Shown in pieces: positions 20,234 through 28,494 of a stretch of DNA of 64,000 bases (position 1 is the stretch's first letter; the number at the start of each line of letters is the position of its first letter). Location of the stretch: positions 19,871 to 83,870 of the forward strand of contig CAZGFK010000001.1 of the NCBI GenBank assembly GCA_964524815.1, in the 5' to 3' direction. A program made the translations under genes and the position numbers. The notes under the pieces were generated by a model. That model made no database searches and had not been told where the DNA came from. It worked only from the letters and a program-made list of their open reading frames with translations. The stretch comes from an uncultured Oscillospiraceae bacterium. Its GTDB lineage: Bacteria > Bacillota > Clostridia > Oscillospirales > Oscillospiraceae.

Positions 20234-20305
20234 ATGAAAATCTACATCGTCAAGCTTCCGCATTTTCTTGCGGAGCTCATAAAAAAGCTTCATGGCCGGC
20301 GGTAA
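20234..20305 (+). CDS. spoVM: Stage V sporulation protein M (23-aa amphipathic peptide), absent from the ORF track
   Basis: A GGGAGGA RBS (20222-20228) precedes ATG 20234. The peptide MKIYIVKLPHFLAELIKKLHGRR compares with B. subtilis SpoVM MKFYTIKLPKFLGGIV... The position downstream of prkC-rsgA is syntenic. Confidence 0.75.
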   Translation: MKIYIVKLPHFLAELIKKLHGRR

Positions 20306-20318
20306 TACCGGCCTTTTT
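20294..20318 (+). terminator. Small hairpin plus T5 after spoVM
   Basis: GGCCGG (20294-20299) pairs with CCGGCC (20308-20313), followed by TTTTT. The 5' arm overlaps the last spoVM codons. Confidence 0.55.
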
Positions 20319-20362
20319 CGCGGCATAAGCTGTACAAACCGTGCAATAAGGAGCGAGACGAA

Positions 20363-21865
20363 ATGGAAATAGCCTTTGACAATAGGCATATTGGTGCATA
20401 TAGGGAAATATCACACCAGCTAAAGCGCATAACCGAGACGGCAGAGAGCGTTGTTCCTGATACCAATGACGATATCGGCAAAATCGCGTCAGTACAAACG
20501 GCGGTGCTTTTAAAAAGCAAGGACGTGACCGGGCGGGGCGTACTCATTACCGGGGAGCTAACAGCTGCGCTTATATATATCACGGAAAGCGAAAAAAGTG
20601 TTTCCTTTGTACGCCTGACAAAGCCTTTTACCTTGGAATATGATCTTCCCGATGCGGACGCGGACGCACTTGCGCAAATTAACCTCACCATTCAAAACAG
20701 CGAATCGCGCGTGATAAACCCGCGTAAAGTGGCTGTAACCTTTGAAGTGCTTGGCGAAATGAGCCTTTATAGGCAAGAAACCGTGGTAGCCGAAACGTGC
20801 CTACCCGAAAATGCGCCCGAAGGCTTGCATATTAAAGAGGAAACTGCCGAGCTTATCACGGCCTGCGCCGTAACGGAAAAGACCTTCGCCGTCAATGAGC
20901 AGCTGCCCTTTCCGTCAGGGAAGCCCAAGCCCGCACAGCTTGTGGCGCAGAGCGTTGATTTTGCCCTCGGCGAAACCCAGCTCATCGGCACAAAGGCCGT
21001 AATACGCGGCACGGTGAATTTTTCCTTGTGCTACTTCTCTACGGAAGTGAATTACCCCGTGAAAACAGAGTTTTCAACGCCGTTTTCGCAGATTATCGAC
21101 ACTGCCGAGGAAAACGCCGACCACACCGGCGTTATAATTCAGCTTACAAGCTGCTATTGCAATATTGTAGACACCATTAACGGCGACAAGGCGCTGGACG
21201 CAGAAGTACACGCGGTTTTGCAGCTCACCTGCCACAGAAAAGAAAGCGTAAAGTATATTTCCGATGTTTACAGCAACAAAATGCCCGTTACTTACACCAC
21301 GCAAACGCGCCAACTCAGCGCCGTGTCCGCCGCGCAAACGGTGAAGCTTTCCGCAGATGAGCGTGTGAATGTGTCCGAGGACTGCGCGGATGTCTTGAGC
21401 GTGTTTTCATCCCTCTCTCAGCTCTCGCTTTTGCCGGATAAAACCTCTGCTGCAGTGACGCTGGATATCGTCTATCGCACATCCGGCGGCGCACTCTCCG
21501 CCGTGCGGCGGCTTATTACGGTGGAAAGCGCCGATGGGGCGGCGCAATCGCGCCTTGTATCTTCTCGCCTTACCGATGTTTATCTGCGCCCGGACGGGGC
21601 GTATATAGATGCGCACTTTTCCTTAGAACTGTGTTTTCAAACGGCCAGCACGGCGGAGATAAGTCGCGTGGAACGCGTCACGCTTGACGAGGACGCGGCG
21701 TTTGACCCTGCCGCATTCCCGGCGGTCACGCTTGTGCACGTTGATGGGGAGAGCTTATGGGAGCTTGCCAAGGCGTATCATTCTTCCGTAGAGCGAATAC
21801 AGGCGGCAAACCCTGATTTTGACCCGGAGGAAAATCGACTTATGCTCATTCCCAAAGCTTTATAG
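20363..21865 (+). CDS. DUF3794 (SPOCS-type) repeat protein with a C-terminal LysM-like domain, SipL/SpoVID-like coat morphogenetic protein
   Basis: An AAGGAG RBS lies upstream. The 500-aa protein has no TM helix. The N-terminus (IAFDNRHIGAYREI...VVPDTNDDIGKI) is typical of DUF3794 proteins. The C-terminal 45 aa (VHVDGESLWELAKAYHSSVERIQAANPDF..LMLIPK) are LysM-like. Confidence 0.65.
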   Translation: MEIAFDNRHIGAYREISHQLKRITETAESVVPDTNDDIGKIASVQTAVLLKSKDVTGRGVLITGELTAALIYITESEKSVSFVRLTKPFTLEYDLPDADADALAQINLTIQNSESRVINPRKVAVTFEVLGEMSLYRQETVVAETCLPENAPEGLHIKEETAELITACAVTEKTFAVNEQLPFPSGKPKPAQLVAQSVDFALGETQLIGTKAVIRGTVNFSLCYFSTEVNYPVKTEFSTPFSQIIDTAEENADHTGVIIQLTSCYCNIVDTINGDKALDAEVHAVLQLTCHRKESVKYISDVYSNKMPVTYTTQTRQLSAVSAAQTVKLSADERVNVSEDCADVLSVFSSLSQLSLLPDKTSAAVTLDIVYRTSGGALSAVRRLITVESADGAAQSRLVSSRLTDVYLRPDGAYIDAHFSLELCFQTASTAEISRVERVTLDEDAAFDPAAFPAVTLVHVDGESLWELAKAYHSSVERIQAANPDFDPEENRLMLIPKAL

Positions 21866-21875
21866 AAAAAAGCAC

Positions 21876-21904
21876 TTGTCATGAGCGCGCTTGTGTGCTA
21901 AAAT
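21876..21904 (+). promoter_or_regulatory. Sigma-A type promoter candidate for yebC
   Basis: TTGTCA (21876-21881), a 17-nt spacer, then TGcTAAAAT (-10 at 21899-21904). Confidence 0.5.
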
Positions 21905-21941
21905 ATTTGCCGTTAATATACACATAAGAGGAGCTGTTACA

Positions 21942-22682
21942 ATGTCCGGTCATTCCAAGTGGCACAATATACAGAAAACCAAGGGCGCGGCTGACGCAAA
22001 GCGCGCTCAGGCGTTTACAAAGATCGCGCGCGAAATGGTGGTTGCGGTCAAAGAAGGCGGCGGCGGAGACCCGCGCAGCAATTCCAAGCTTGCCGCAGTA
22101 ATCGCCAAGGCCAAGGCGGCCAATATGCCCAATGACAATATCAAGCGCACCATTGATAAGGCTCTCGGCGCGGGCAACACCGAGAACTATGAAAAGATAG
22201 TTTACGAAGGCTACGGCCCGCAGGGCGTTGCTGTCATAGTCGAAACCATGACGGATAACCGCAACCGCACCGCAGGCGAGATGCGCCATTATTTCGACAA
22301 ATACGGCGGAAACATGGGCGCGGCCAACTGCGTTTCGTGGTCGTTTGACCGCAAGGGCGTTATCGTAGTTGATAACGAGGATGAAGAGCTTGACGAGGAC
22401 ACCGTTATGATGGACGCGCTCGATGTCGGCGCTGCCGATTTTGAGGCCGAGGGCGAGGTTATGACGGTTTACACGGCGGAAGATGAAGTCGCCGCTGTTG
22501 CGGACGCTCTTACTGCCAAGGGCTATAAGCTCCTTTCCGCTCAGGTAGAAATGCTGCCCCAGAACGGTTACATCAAGCTTTCCAATGAGGACGATATCAA
22601 GAATATGCAGAAAATGCTTGATATGTTCGAGGATAACGACGATGTGCAGAATGTTTGGCACAACTGGGAAGACGCGGAATAA
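21942..22682 (+). CDS. yebC: YebC/PmpR family DNA-binding regulator / translation factor
   Basis: An AAGAGGAG RBS lies upstream. MSGHSKWHNIQKTKGAADAKRAQAF is the canonical N-terminus. The ORF-track start 21891 is unlikely. Confidence 0.93.
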   Translation: MSGHSKWHNIQKTKGAADAKRAQAFTKIAREMVVAVKEGGGGDPRSNSKLAAVIAKAKAANMPNDNIKRTIDKALGAGNTENYEKIVYEGYGPQGVAVIVETMTDNRNRTAGEMRHYFDKYGGNMGAANCVSWSFDRKGVIVVDNEDEELDEDTVMMDALDVGAADFEAEGEVMTVYTAEDEVAAVADALTAKGYKLLSAQVEMLPQNGYIKLSNEDDIKNMQKMLDMFEDNDDVQNVWHNWEDAE

Positions 22683-22704
22683 TTCAATATCTATATATCT
22701 ATAC

Positions 22705-22727
22705 GGCGCGCCGAAATTCGGCGCGCC
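22705..22727. other. Perfect 23-nt palindrome (hairpin) after yebC, with no U-tract
   Basis: GGCGCGCCGAA-a-TTCGGCGCGCC. It is followed by GCTTGCGC, so it is a weak or atypical terminator. Confidence 0.5.
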
Positions 22728-22752
22728 GCTTGCGCATATACAAAAACGAACA

Positions 22753-22781
22753 TTGATATTCTTCCGCACTTGCTTTATAAT
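22753..22781 (+). promoter_or_regulatory. Sigma-A type promoter candidate for trxB-trxA
   Basis: TTGATA (22753-22758), a 17-nt spacer, then TATAAT (22776-22781). Confidence 0.55.
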
Positions 22782-22810
22782 AAAGCTATAAACCAAAACC
22801 GAGGAGCATT

Positions 22811-23635
22811 ATGGCCGATACATTTGATATTATAATAATCGGCGGCGGTGCAGCGGGCGTTTCCGCTGCGCTTACCTGCCGCAATCGCGGCAAGTCCGTT
22901 GCCGTTGTTTCAAACCCCGTGGAAACCGGTGCTCTATATAAGGCTGAGCGCGTAACCAATTACTTGGGCTTTGATGCGGCCACGGGCGCGGAGCTTTCTT
23001 TGCGCTTTAGAGAGCAGCTGAGCAAATCCGGAGCGGATTTAATCACCGGGCGGGCGCTTTCCGTCACGCCGTTTGGGGATAGCTTCGGCGTTGCCGTGGG
23101 GAATGATTTTTATATGGGACGCGCCGTTATTCTTGCCCTGGGCATTACTCGCGCATCATTTTACCCCGGCGAGGAGGAGCTTATCGGTCGCGGCGTGAGC
23201 TATTGCGCAACGTGTGACGGGATGCTCTTCCGAGGAAAAAGTGTGGCCGTAATCGGCACGTCCGCCGAGGCGCGCGAGGATGCGGATTTTTTGGAGAGCA
23301 TAGGCTGCCGCGTGCTTCGCTTTGATAAGGAGCAGCGTTTTTCCGTCAAGGGTGCGGAGCGCGTTGAAACACTTGTTGCAGGCGCAACAGAATATAGTGT
23401 TGACGCTGTGTTTATAATAAAAGAAAGTATGGTGCTCTCGCACCTCGTGCCGGGGCTTGAATGCGCAAACGGCGCAATAGTGACTTCACACGGCGGCAGA
23501 ACGAATATCCCCGGCATATTTGCCGCAGGAGATTGCACGGGAAAGCCCTTTCAGCTTGCCAAGGCGGCAGGCGAGGGAAATGTGGCCGCGCTCACGGCGT
23601 GTGAATACCTAAGCGATAACAATAAAAGGAGATAA
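22811..23635 (+). CDS. trxB: Thioredoxin-reductase-like flavoprotein with degenerate NADPH-binding motifs
   Basis: The FAD site IIGGGAAGVSAA, the redox CATC (SYCATCDG) and GIFAAGDC are present. The expected GGGxxA and HRRxxxR are replaced by IGTSAEA and RFDKEQRF. The protein is only 274 aa. Confidence 0.8.
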   Translation: MADTFDIIIIGGGAAGVSAALTCRNRGKSVAVVSNPVETGALYKAERVTNYLGFDAATGAELSLRFREQLSKSGADLITGRALSVTPFGDSFGVAVGNDFYMGRAVILALGITRASFYPGEEELIGRGVSYCATCDGMLFRGKSVAVIGTSAEAREDADFLESIGCRVLRFDKEQRFSVKGAERVETLVAGATEYSVDAVFIIKESMVLSHLVPGLECANGAIVTSHGGRTNIPGIFAAGDCTGKPFQLAKAAGEGNVAALTACEYLSDNNKRR

Positions 23636-23641
23636 ATAATC

Positions 23642-23950
23642 ATGGCTGTTTCTCACATTAAAACTTCGGAATTTGACGGCTTTATTGCCGAGGGCGTTAC
23701 GCTTGTTGATTTTTGGGCAACATGGTGCGGCCCGTGCCGTATGCAAGCGCCTATACTTGATTCTCTCGATGCCGAGCTTTCCGGAAAGGCGAAGATAGGC
23801 AAAGTGGACGTGGACGAAGAGCCGGAGCTTGCCCGCCGCTTCAACGTGATGAGCATTCCCACGCTTATCGCTTTTAAGGACGGAAAAGAGCTTGGCAAAA
23901 TCGTGGGTGTTTCGGACGCGGGAACGCTCAAATCCCTTATGGGCGTGTGA
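23642..23950 (+). CDS. trxA: Thioredoxin
   Basis: Has the WCGPC active site (FWATWCGPCRM), is 102 aa long, and starts 6 nt after trxB. Confidence 0.95.
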   Translation: MAVSHIKTSEFDGFIAEGVTLVDFWATWCGPCRMQAPILDSLDAELSGKAKIGKVDVDEEPELARRFNVMSIPTLIAFKDGKELGKIVGVSDAGTLKSLMGV

Positions 23951-23967
23951 TTTTGCGCGAAAAAAAG

Positions 23968-23996
23968 TTGACAAAACGCGCCCGATAGAATATAAT
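23968..23996 (+). promoter_or_regulatory. Consensus sigma-A promoter of the valS leader
   Basis: TTGACA (23968-23973), a 17-nt spacer, then TATAAT (23991-23996). Confidence 0.7.
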
Positions 23997-24009
23997 CCAA
24001 GCATTATTA

Positions 24010-24252
24010 CTGTGACGAGCAGGAGTACGCAATAAGTAGCGTTCAGAGAGAAAGCGGGCGGTGCGAGCTTTTACGATGCTGTTGCGGAAGGTCGGCTCTG
24101 AGTAACCGGGTGAAGGCGCAATTTTTGAGTGCTGTGTAGTTCGGTCGTGCTCCGCGCGTTAAGCGGATAAGAGTGCCGCGCGAGTTTGACGCGGAATTCA
24201 GGTGGTACCACGGTATTTTATCGCCCTGAAGCGGAAAAGCTTCAGGGCTTTT
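24010..24252 (+). promoter_or_regulatory. T-box riboswitch leader (tRNA-Val sensing) with terminator
   Basis: Stem I elements GTGACGAGCAGGAGTA and CAGAGAG are present. The candidate specifier is GUC (24091-24093) followed by G. The T-box AATTCAGGTGGTACCACGG lies at 24195-24213. The terminator is GCCCTGAAGC/GCTTCAGGGC plus TTTT (24223-24252). Confidence 0.9.
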
Positions 24253-24287
24253 CCATACTCTGATTTTCACAGACAGGAGAGGAAACA

Positions 24288-26918
24288 ATGAAAGAACTTC
24301 CCAAAGTGTATGACCCGAAATCGGTCGAGAAGAAAATCTACGATATGTGGATGGACGGCGGGTATTTCAAAGGCAAAATCGACCCGGACAAAAAGCCGTT
24401 TTCCATTGTCATGCCGCCCCCTAATGTCACGGGGCAATTGCACATGGGTCACGCTATGGACTCCACCTTGCAGGATATCCTTACGCGCTATAAGCGTATG
24501 CAGGGGTATTCCGCGCTGTGGCTGCCGGGCGTTGACCATGCAGGCATAGCCACGCAAATAAAGGTTGAAGAGGTTTTGCGCAAGACCGAGGGCAAAACCC
24601 GCTATGACCTCGGGCGCGACAAGTTTTTGGAGCGCGTTTGGGCGTGGAAAGAGCAATACGGTGACAGAATAGTCGAGCAGCAAAAGAGCATGGGCGTCAG
24701 CTGTGACTGGGATCGCAGCCGCTTTACCATGGACGAGGTTTGCGCAAAGTCCGTGCGCGAAACATTCTGCGAGCTTTATGATAAAGGGCTTATCTACAAA
24801 GGCCGCAGGATGATTAACTGGTGTCCCAACTGCCGCACGGCGCTTTCCGATGCCGAGGTTGAGTACAAGGACATACCCGGCTCGTTTTGGTATATCCGCT
24901 ACCCGGTGGAAAATTCCGATGAGGAGTTTATAATCGCCACGACCCGCCCGGAAACCATGCTCGGCGACAGCGGCGTTGCCGTAAACCCCGAGGATGAAAA
25001 GTATAAGCATCTCGTGGGCAAAAATGCGGTGCTGCCCCTTGTCGGGCGCAAGCTCCCGATAGTTGCGGATGATTATGTAGAGCTGGGCTTCGGCACGGGC
25101 GCTGTTAAAATGACCCCCTGTCACGATCCCAATGACTACGAAGTCGGGCTTCGTCACAATTTGGAGCAGATCCAGTGCATTGACGAGGACGGCAAAATCA
25201 TAAACGGCGGCAAGTTTGACGGCATGGACAGATACGAAGCGCGCAAGGCGATAGTGGCCGAGCTTGAAGAGCAGGGGTATCTTGTCAAAACCGAGGCTTA
25301 TAACCACAATGTCGGCTGCTGCTATCGTTGCGGCAAGGCCGTTGAGCCTATGCTCTCCCCGCAGTGGTTTGTCAAGATGCAGCCCTTGGCCGAAAAGGCG
25401 ATTGAGGTTGTAAAAGACGGGCGCATTAAGTTCGTTCCCGAGCGCTTTACGAAAACCTATCTTAACTGGATGGAGAATGTACACGATTGGTGCATTTCCC
25501 GTCAGCTTTGGTGGGGGCATCAGATTCCCGCGTGGTACTGCGCCGATTGCGGCCATATCACCGTTTCCCGTGAGGACGCTTGCGAGTGCGAAAAGTGCCA
25601 CAGCAAGAATATAACGCGCGATGAAGATGTGCTTGACACTTGGTTCAGCTCCGCTCTTTGGCCGTTTTCCACCATGGGCTGGCCGGAAAAGACCGCCGAG
25701 CTTGACTATTGGTATCCCACTTCCGTTATGGTGACTGGGTACGATATAATCTTCTTCTGGGTTGCGCGTATGATATTCTCCGCAATGGAGCAAATGGATA
25801 AAGAGCCGTTCAAGACCGTGTTTATCCACGGCTTAGTGCGCGACAGTCAAGGCCGCAAGATGTCAAAATCCCTCGGCAACGGCATTGACCCCTTGGAGAT
25901 TATAGATAAATACGGCGCGGACGCACTTCGCTTCAACCTCATCACCGGCAACTCTCCCGGCAATGATATGCGTTTTTACGTGGAAAAGTGCGAGGCGATG
26001 CGCAATTTCTGCAACAAGATTTGGAACGCATCCCGTTTCGTGATGATGAACCTTACCATTGATAAAAACGAGCTGCCGGCTGCTTCTGAGCTTGAAATAG
26101 AGGATAAATGGATACTCTCCAAGCTCAATGATGTTGTAAAAGAAGTCAATGACAATATGGATAGCTTCGAGCTCGGCGTTGCCGCGGCGAAGATTTATGA
26201 TTTCATTTGGGACAGCTACTGCGACTGGTATATTGAGCTTACAAAGCCCCGCCTGAATGGCGAAAACGAAGCGGCAAAGCTCACGGCGCAAAAGGTGCTG
26301 TTGTATGTGCTCACCGAGATTTTAAAGCTCTTGCACCCGTTCATGCCGTTCATCACCGAGGAGATTTGGCAGGCACTGCCCCACGAGGGCGCGGCGCTTA
26401 TGGTAGAGCGCTACCCGGAGTTTGACCCTGCGCTGTCGTTCCCGACCGATGAAGAGAACTTTGAAATGGTTATGACGGTCATTAAGGCCGTTCGCGCCCG
26501 CCGCAGCGAGATGAACGTTCCGCCCTCTAAGAAAGCGCACCTCATCATCGCAACGGACAAAAAGGCTGCCTTTGAAGCCGGAAGAAGCTACATCTGCAAG
26601 CTCGCCTTTGCAAGCGAGGTTACCATGGCCGATTCCGATTCCACCGGCGGCGAGGGTACGGTTTCCCTTGCAACGGACAATGCCCGTATGTTCATGCCCC
26701 TTGCCGAGCTTGTCGATCTCGACAAAGAGCGCGAGCGCATCAACAAGGAGCTTGCGAACGCCGTCAAGCAGTTTGAGGGGCAGATAGCCAAGCTTGCAAA
26801 TGAAAAGTTTGTCTCCCGCGCGCCTGAGGCCGTTGTCAACGCCGAGCGCGAGAAGAAAGCAAAGCTTGAAGCGCTTATAGAAAATCTCAAACTCAGCCTT
26901 GAAAATCTCGGCAAGTAA
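24288..26918 (+). CDS. valS: Valine--tRNA ligase
   Basis: Carries the HIGH-type [11 protein letters not shown] and KMSKS ([10 protein letters not shown]), an editing domain, and a C-terminal coiled coil. It is 876 aa. Confidence 0.97.
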   Translation: MKELPKVYDPKSVEKKIYDMWMDGGYFKGKIDPDKKPFSIVMPPPNVTGQLHMGHAMDSTLQDILTRYKRMQGYSALWLPGVDHAGIATQIKVEEVLRKTEGKTRYDLGRDKFLERVWAWKEQYGDRIVEQQKSMGVSCDWDRSRFTMDEVCAKSVRETFCELYDKGLIYKGRRMINWCPNCRTALSDAEVEYKDIPGSFWYIRYPVENSDEEFIIATTRPETMLGDSGVAVNPEDEKYKHLVGKNAVLPLVGRKLPIVADDYVELGFGTGAVKMTPCHDPNDYEVGLRHNLEQIQCIDEDGKIINGGKFDGMDRYEARKAIVAELEEQGYLVKTEAYNHNVGCCYRCGKAVEPMLSPQWFVKMQPLAEKAIEVVKDGRIKFVPERFTKTYLNWMENVHDWCISRQLWWGHQIPAWYCADCGHITVSREDACECEKCHSKNITRDEDVLDTWFSSALWPFSTMGWPEKTAELDYWYPTSVMVTGYDIIFFWVARMIFSAMEQMDKEPFKTVFIHGLVRDSQGRKMSKSLGNGIDPLEIIDKYGADALRFNLITGNSPGNDMRFYVEKCEAMRNFCNKIWNASRFVMMNLTIDKNELPAASELEIEDKWILSKLNDVVKEVNDNMDSFELGVAAAKIYDFIWDSYCDWYIELTKPRLNGENEAAKLTAQKVLLYVLTEILKLLHPFMPFITEEIWQALPHEGAALMVERYPEFDPALSFPTDEENFEMVMTVIKAVRARRSEMNVPPSKKAHLIIATDKKAAFEAGRSYICKLAFASEVTMADSDSTGGEGTVSLATDNARMFMPLAELVDLDKERERINKELANAVKQFEGQIAKLANEKFVSRAPEAVVNAEREKKAKLEALIENLKLSLENLGK

Positions 26919-26957
26919 CCGATTGCGACAAAAATTTTATACCAGATAAATTAAAAT

Positions 26958-26996
26958 GGCACTGTGTACTTTAAGCGGTACGCAGTGCCGTTTTTT
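26958..26996 (+). terminator. Intrinsic terminator after valS
   Basis: A 12-bp stem GGCACTGTGTAC/GTACGCAGTGCC (one G-U pair) with an 8-nt loop, followed by GTTTTTT. Confidence 0.8.
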
Positions 26997-27017
26997 ATTT
27001 GCTGAAGAGGTGAAAAA

Positions 27018-27332
27018 ATGAATGTGAAAACGAGCTTTGCCGCCGGGCGGTTGACTGTGTATCTTGCCGGGGAGCTTGACCACCATGAAGCGCGCAGCAC
27101 CATGCGCGCTATTGACGATGTGCTGGATGAATACCTGCCGCGCGACTGCGTGCTGGACTTGAAAGGCTTGAGCTTTATGGACTCTTCCGGGATTGCCGTG
27201 ATAGTGCGCGTGAGAGGGCGGATGAAATCCCTCGGCGGCAGAGTGTGGATTGAAAACCCCGCGCGCCAGCCATTGCGTGTGATAGACGCTTCCGGCATAG
27301 ATAGGCTCGTACCTGTGGCGCTTACGAAATGA
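27018..27332 (+). CDS. spoIIAA: Anti-sigma F factor antagonist SpoIIAA (STAS domain)
   Basis: Has the LSFMDSSGI phosphorylatable-Ser motif, is 104 aa, and sits first in the spoIIAA-AB-sigF order. Confidence 0.92.
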   Translation: MNVKTSFAAGRLTVYLAGELDHHEARSTMRAIDDVLDEYLPRDCVLDLKGLSFMDSSGIAVIVRVRGRMKSLGGRVWIENPARQPLRVIDASGIDRLVPVALTK

Positions 27333-27352
27333 TGAATAGGAGTGAAGATAAA

Positions 27353-27793
27353 ATGAACGGATTAAATTACATAAAGCTGGAGTTTCCCAGCAAAAGCGCA
27401 AACGAAGCCTTGGCGCGCATGACGGCGGCGGCCTTTGCCGCCCAGCTTGACCCCACAATGGAAGAATTGGGCGACATCAAAACCGCAGTTTCTGAGGCTG
27501 TGACGAATTGCATCGTCCACGCCTACCCGGACAGCATAGGACGCGTGAGTATGCGCCTTAGAATACTTGACGGCGGTGTGCTGGAAATCTCCGTGCGCGA
27601 CTGGGGACGGGGAATAGAGAATGTGGAGCGCGCGATGCAACCGCTATTCACCACCGGGGGCGAGGATAGAAGCGGCATGGGCTTTACAATAATGTCAAGC
27701 TTTATGGATAAGCTTCGTGTGCGCTCCGCGCCCGGCAAGGGTACGACCGTGACGCTTCAGCGCGCCGTCAGCCCAAGAGTGGGACGCAGATGA
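27353..27793 (+). CDS. spoIIAB: Anti-sigma F factor / Ser kinase SpoIIAB
   Basis: An AGGAGTG RBS lies upstream. LEFPSKSANEALARMTAAAFAAQLDPTMEELGDIKTAVSEAVTNCIVHAY matches B. subtilis SpoIIAB closely. The GHKL motifs DWGRGI and GMGF are present. Confidence 0.92.
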   Translation: MNGLNYIKLEFPSKSANEALARMTAAAFAAQLDPTMEELGDIKTAVSEAVTNCIVHAYPDSIGRVSMRLRILDGGVLEISVRDWGRGIENVERAMQPLFTTGGEDRSGMGFTIMSSFMDKLRVRSAPGKGTTVTLQRAVSPRVGRR

Positions 27794-28494
27794 GCGATAC
27801 ATTTTGCGACCTTCGCGCGGCCAAGGCGGGGGACAGAGACGCGGCGGGGCGGCTGGTGGAGGAAAACTCCGGCCTGATTTGGAGCATTGCCAAGCGCTTT
27901 TTCGGGCGCGGTGTAGACCCGGACGATTTATATCAGCTCGGCTGTGTCGGCTTTCTAAAGGCGATTGACGGGTTTGACGAAAGCTTCGGCACGCGCTTTT
28001 CAACCTACGCCGTGCCGAAAATATCGGGCGAGATACGCCGCTTTTTGCGCGATGACGGTGCTGTAAAGGTCAGCCGCGGGATAAAGGAACAAGCCGCGCA
28101 CATTCGCGCTTGCAGGCAGGCGCTTGAACAGCGCATCGGGCGCGAAGTGAATATATCCGAGCTTGCCGAGGAAACGGGGCTTACGCCGGAGGAGATCGCA
28201 TTTGCCGAGGTGGCAATCGGCCCTGCCGAAAGCTTACAGCGCGAAAGCGGCGAGGACGGCTTTACCTTGGAGCTTATTCTCGGCGATTATACGGCAGAGG
28301 AAAAGATGGTGGAGCACGTGGCGCTTCGCGCGGCGATTGAGCGCTTGCCGGAGCGCGAGCGGCAGGTGGTGTCGCTTCGATATTACCACGGCATGACGCA
28401 GCAGGACTGCGCGCGCGTAATGCACGTTTCCCAAGTGCAGATTTCCCGCTTGGAGCGGCGCGCGGTGGACGCGCTTCGCGTAATGCTTGAATAA
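27790..28494 (+). CDS. sigF: RNA polymerase sporulation sigma factor SigF
   Basis: ATGA overlap with spoIIAB. Sigma-70 regions 2 (DLYQLGCVGFLKAIDGFD, FSTYAVPKISGEIRRFLRD) and 4 (MTQQDCARVMHVSQVQISRLERRA) are present. Confidence 0.9.
   Translation: MSDTFCDLRAAKAGDRDAAGRLVEENSGLIWSIAKRFFGRGVDPDDLYQLGCVGFLKAIDGFDESFGTRFSTYAVPKISGEIRRFLRDDGAVKVSRGIKEQAAHIRACRQALEQRIGREVNISELAEETGLTPEEIAFAEVAIGPAESLQRESGEDGFTLELILGDYTAEEKMVEHVALRAAIERLPERERQVVSLRYYHGMTQQDCARVMHVSQVQISRLERRAVDALRVMLE

Noticed and set aside
22705-22727. Two AscI sites (GGCGCGCC) in a perfect palindrome, considered as a possible cloning scar or engineered insertion.
   Set aside because: The flanking sequence is contiguous native-looking intergenic DNA, with a promoter for trxB. 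No vector-like sequence or marker is present. GC-rich palindromic hairpins are normal at gene ends in this genome.
21879-22796. A 305-aa ORF antisense to yebC that extends past both ends of that gene.
   Set aside because: It sits in the same codon-aligned antisense register (22796 minus 21942 leaves remainder 2). It has no RBS and would run through the yebC promoter and the palindromic hairpin. YebC on the + strand has a canonical N-terminus and RBS.
24267-25829. A 520-aa ORF antisense to valS, the longest non-annotated ORF in the track.
   Set aside because: It lies in the codon-aligned antisense frame of an unmistakable ValRS (HIGH and KMSKS motifs present). In that frame, antisense stops arise only from sense TTA, CTA or TCA codons, which this genome evidently avoids. 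It has no RBS, and its composition is Arg/Ala/Gly/His-rich and low in complexity.
26923-26951. TTGCGA-17-ATAAAT considered as a spoIIA promoter.
   Set aside because: The -10 element matches only 3 of 6 consensus positions, and transcription would start at the foot of the valS terminator hairpin. It is kept only as a remark in the spoIIA finding and is not reported as a feature.
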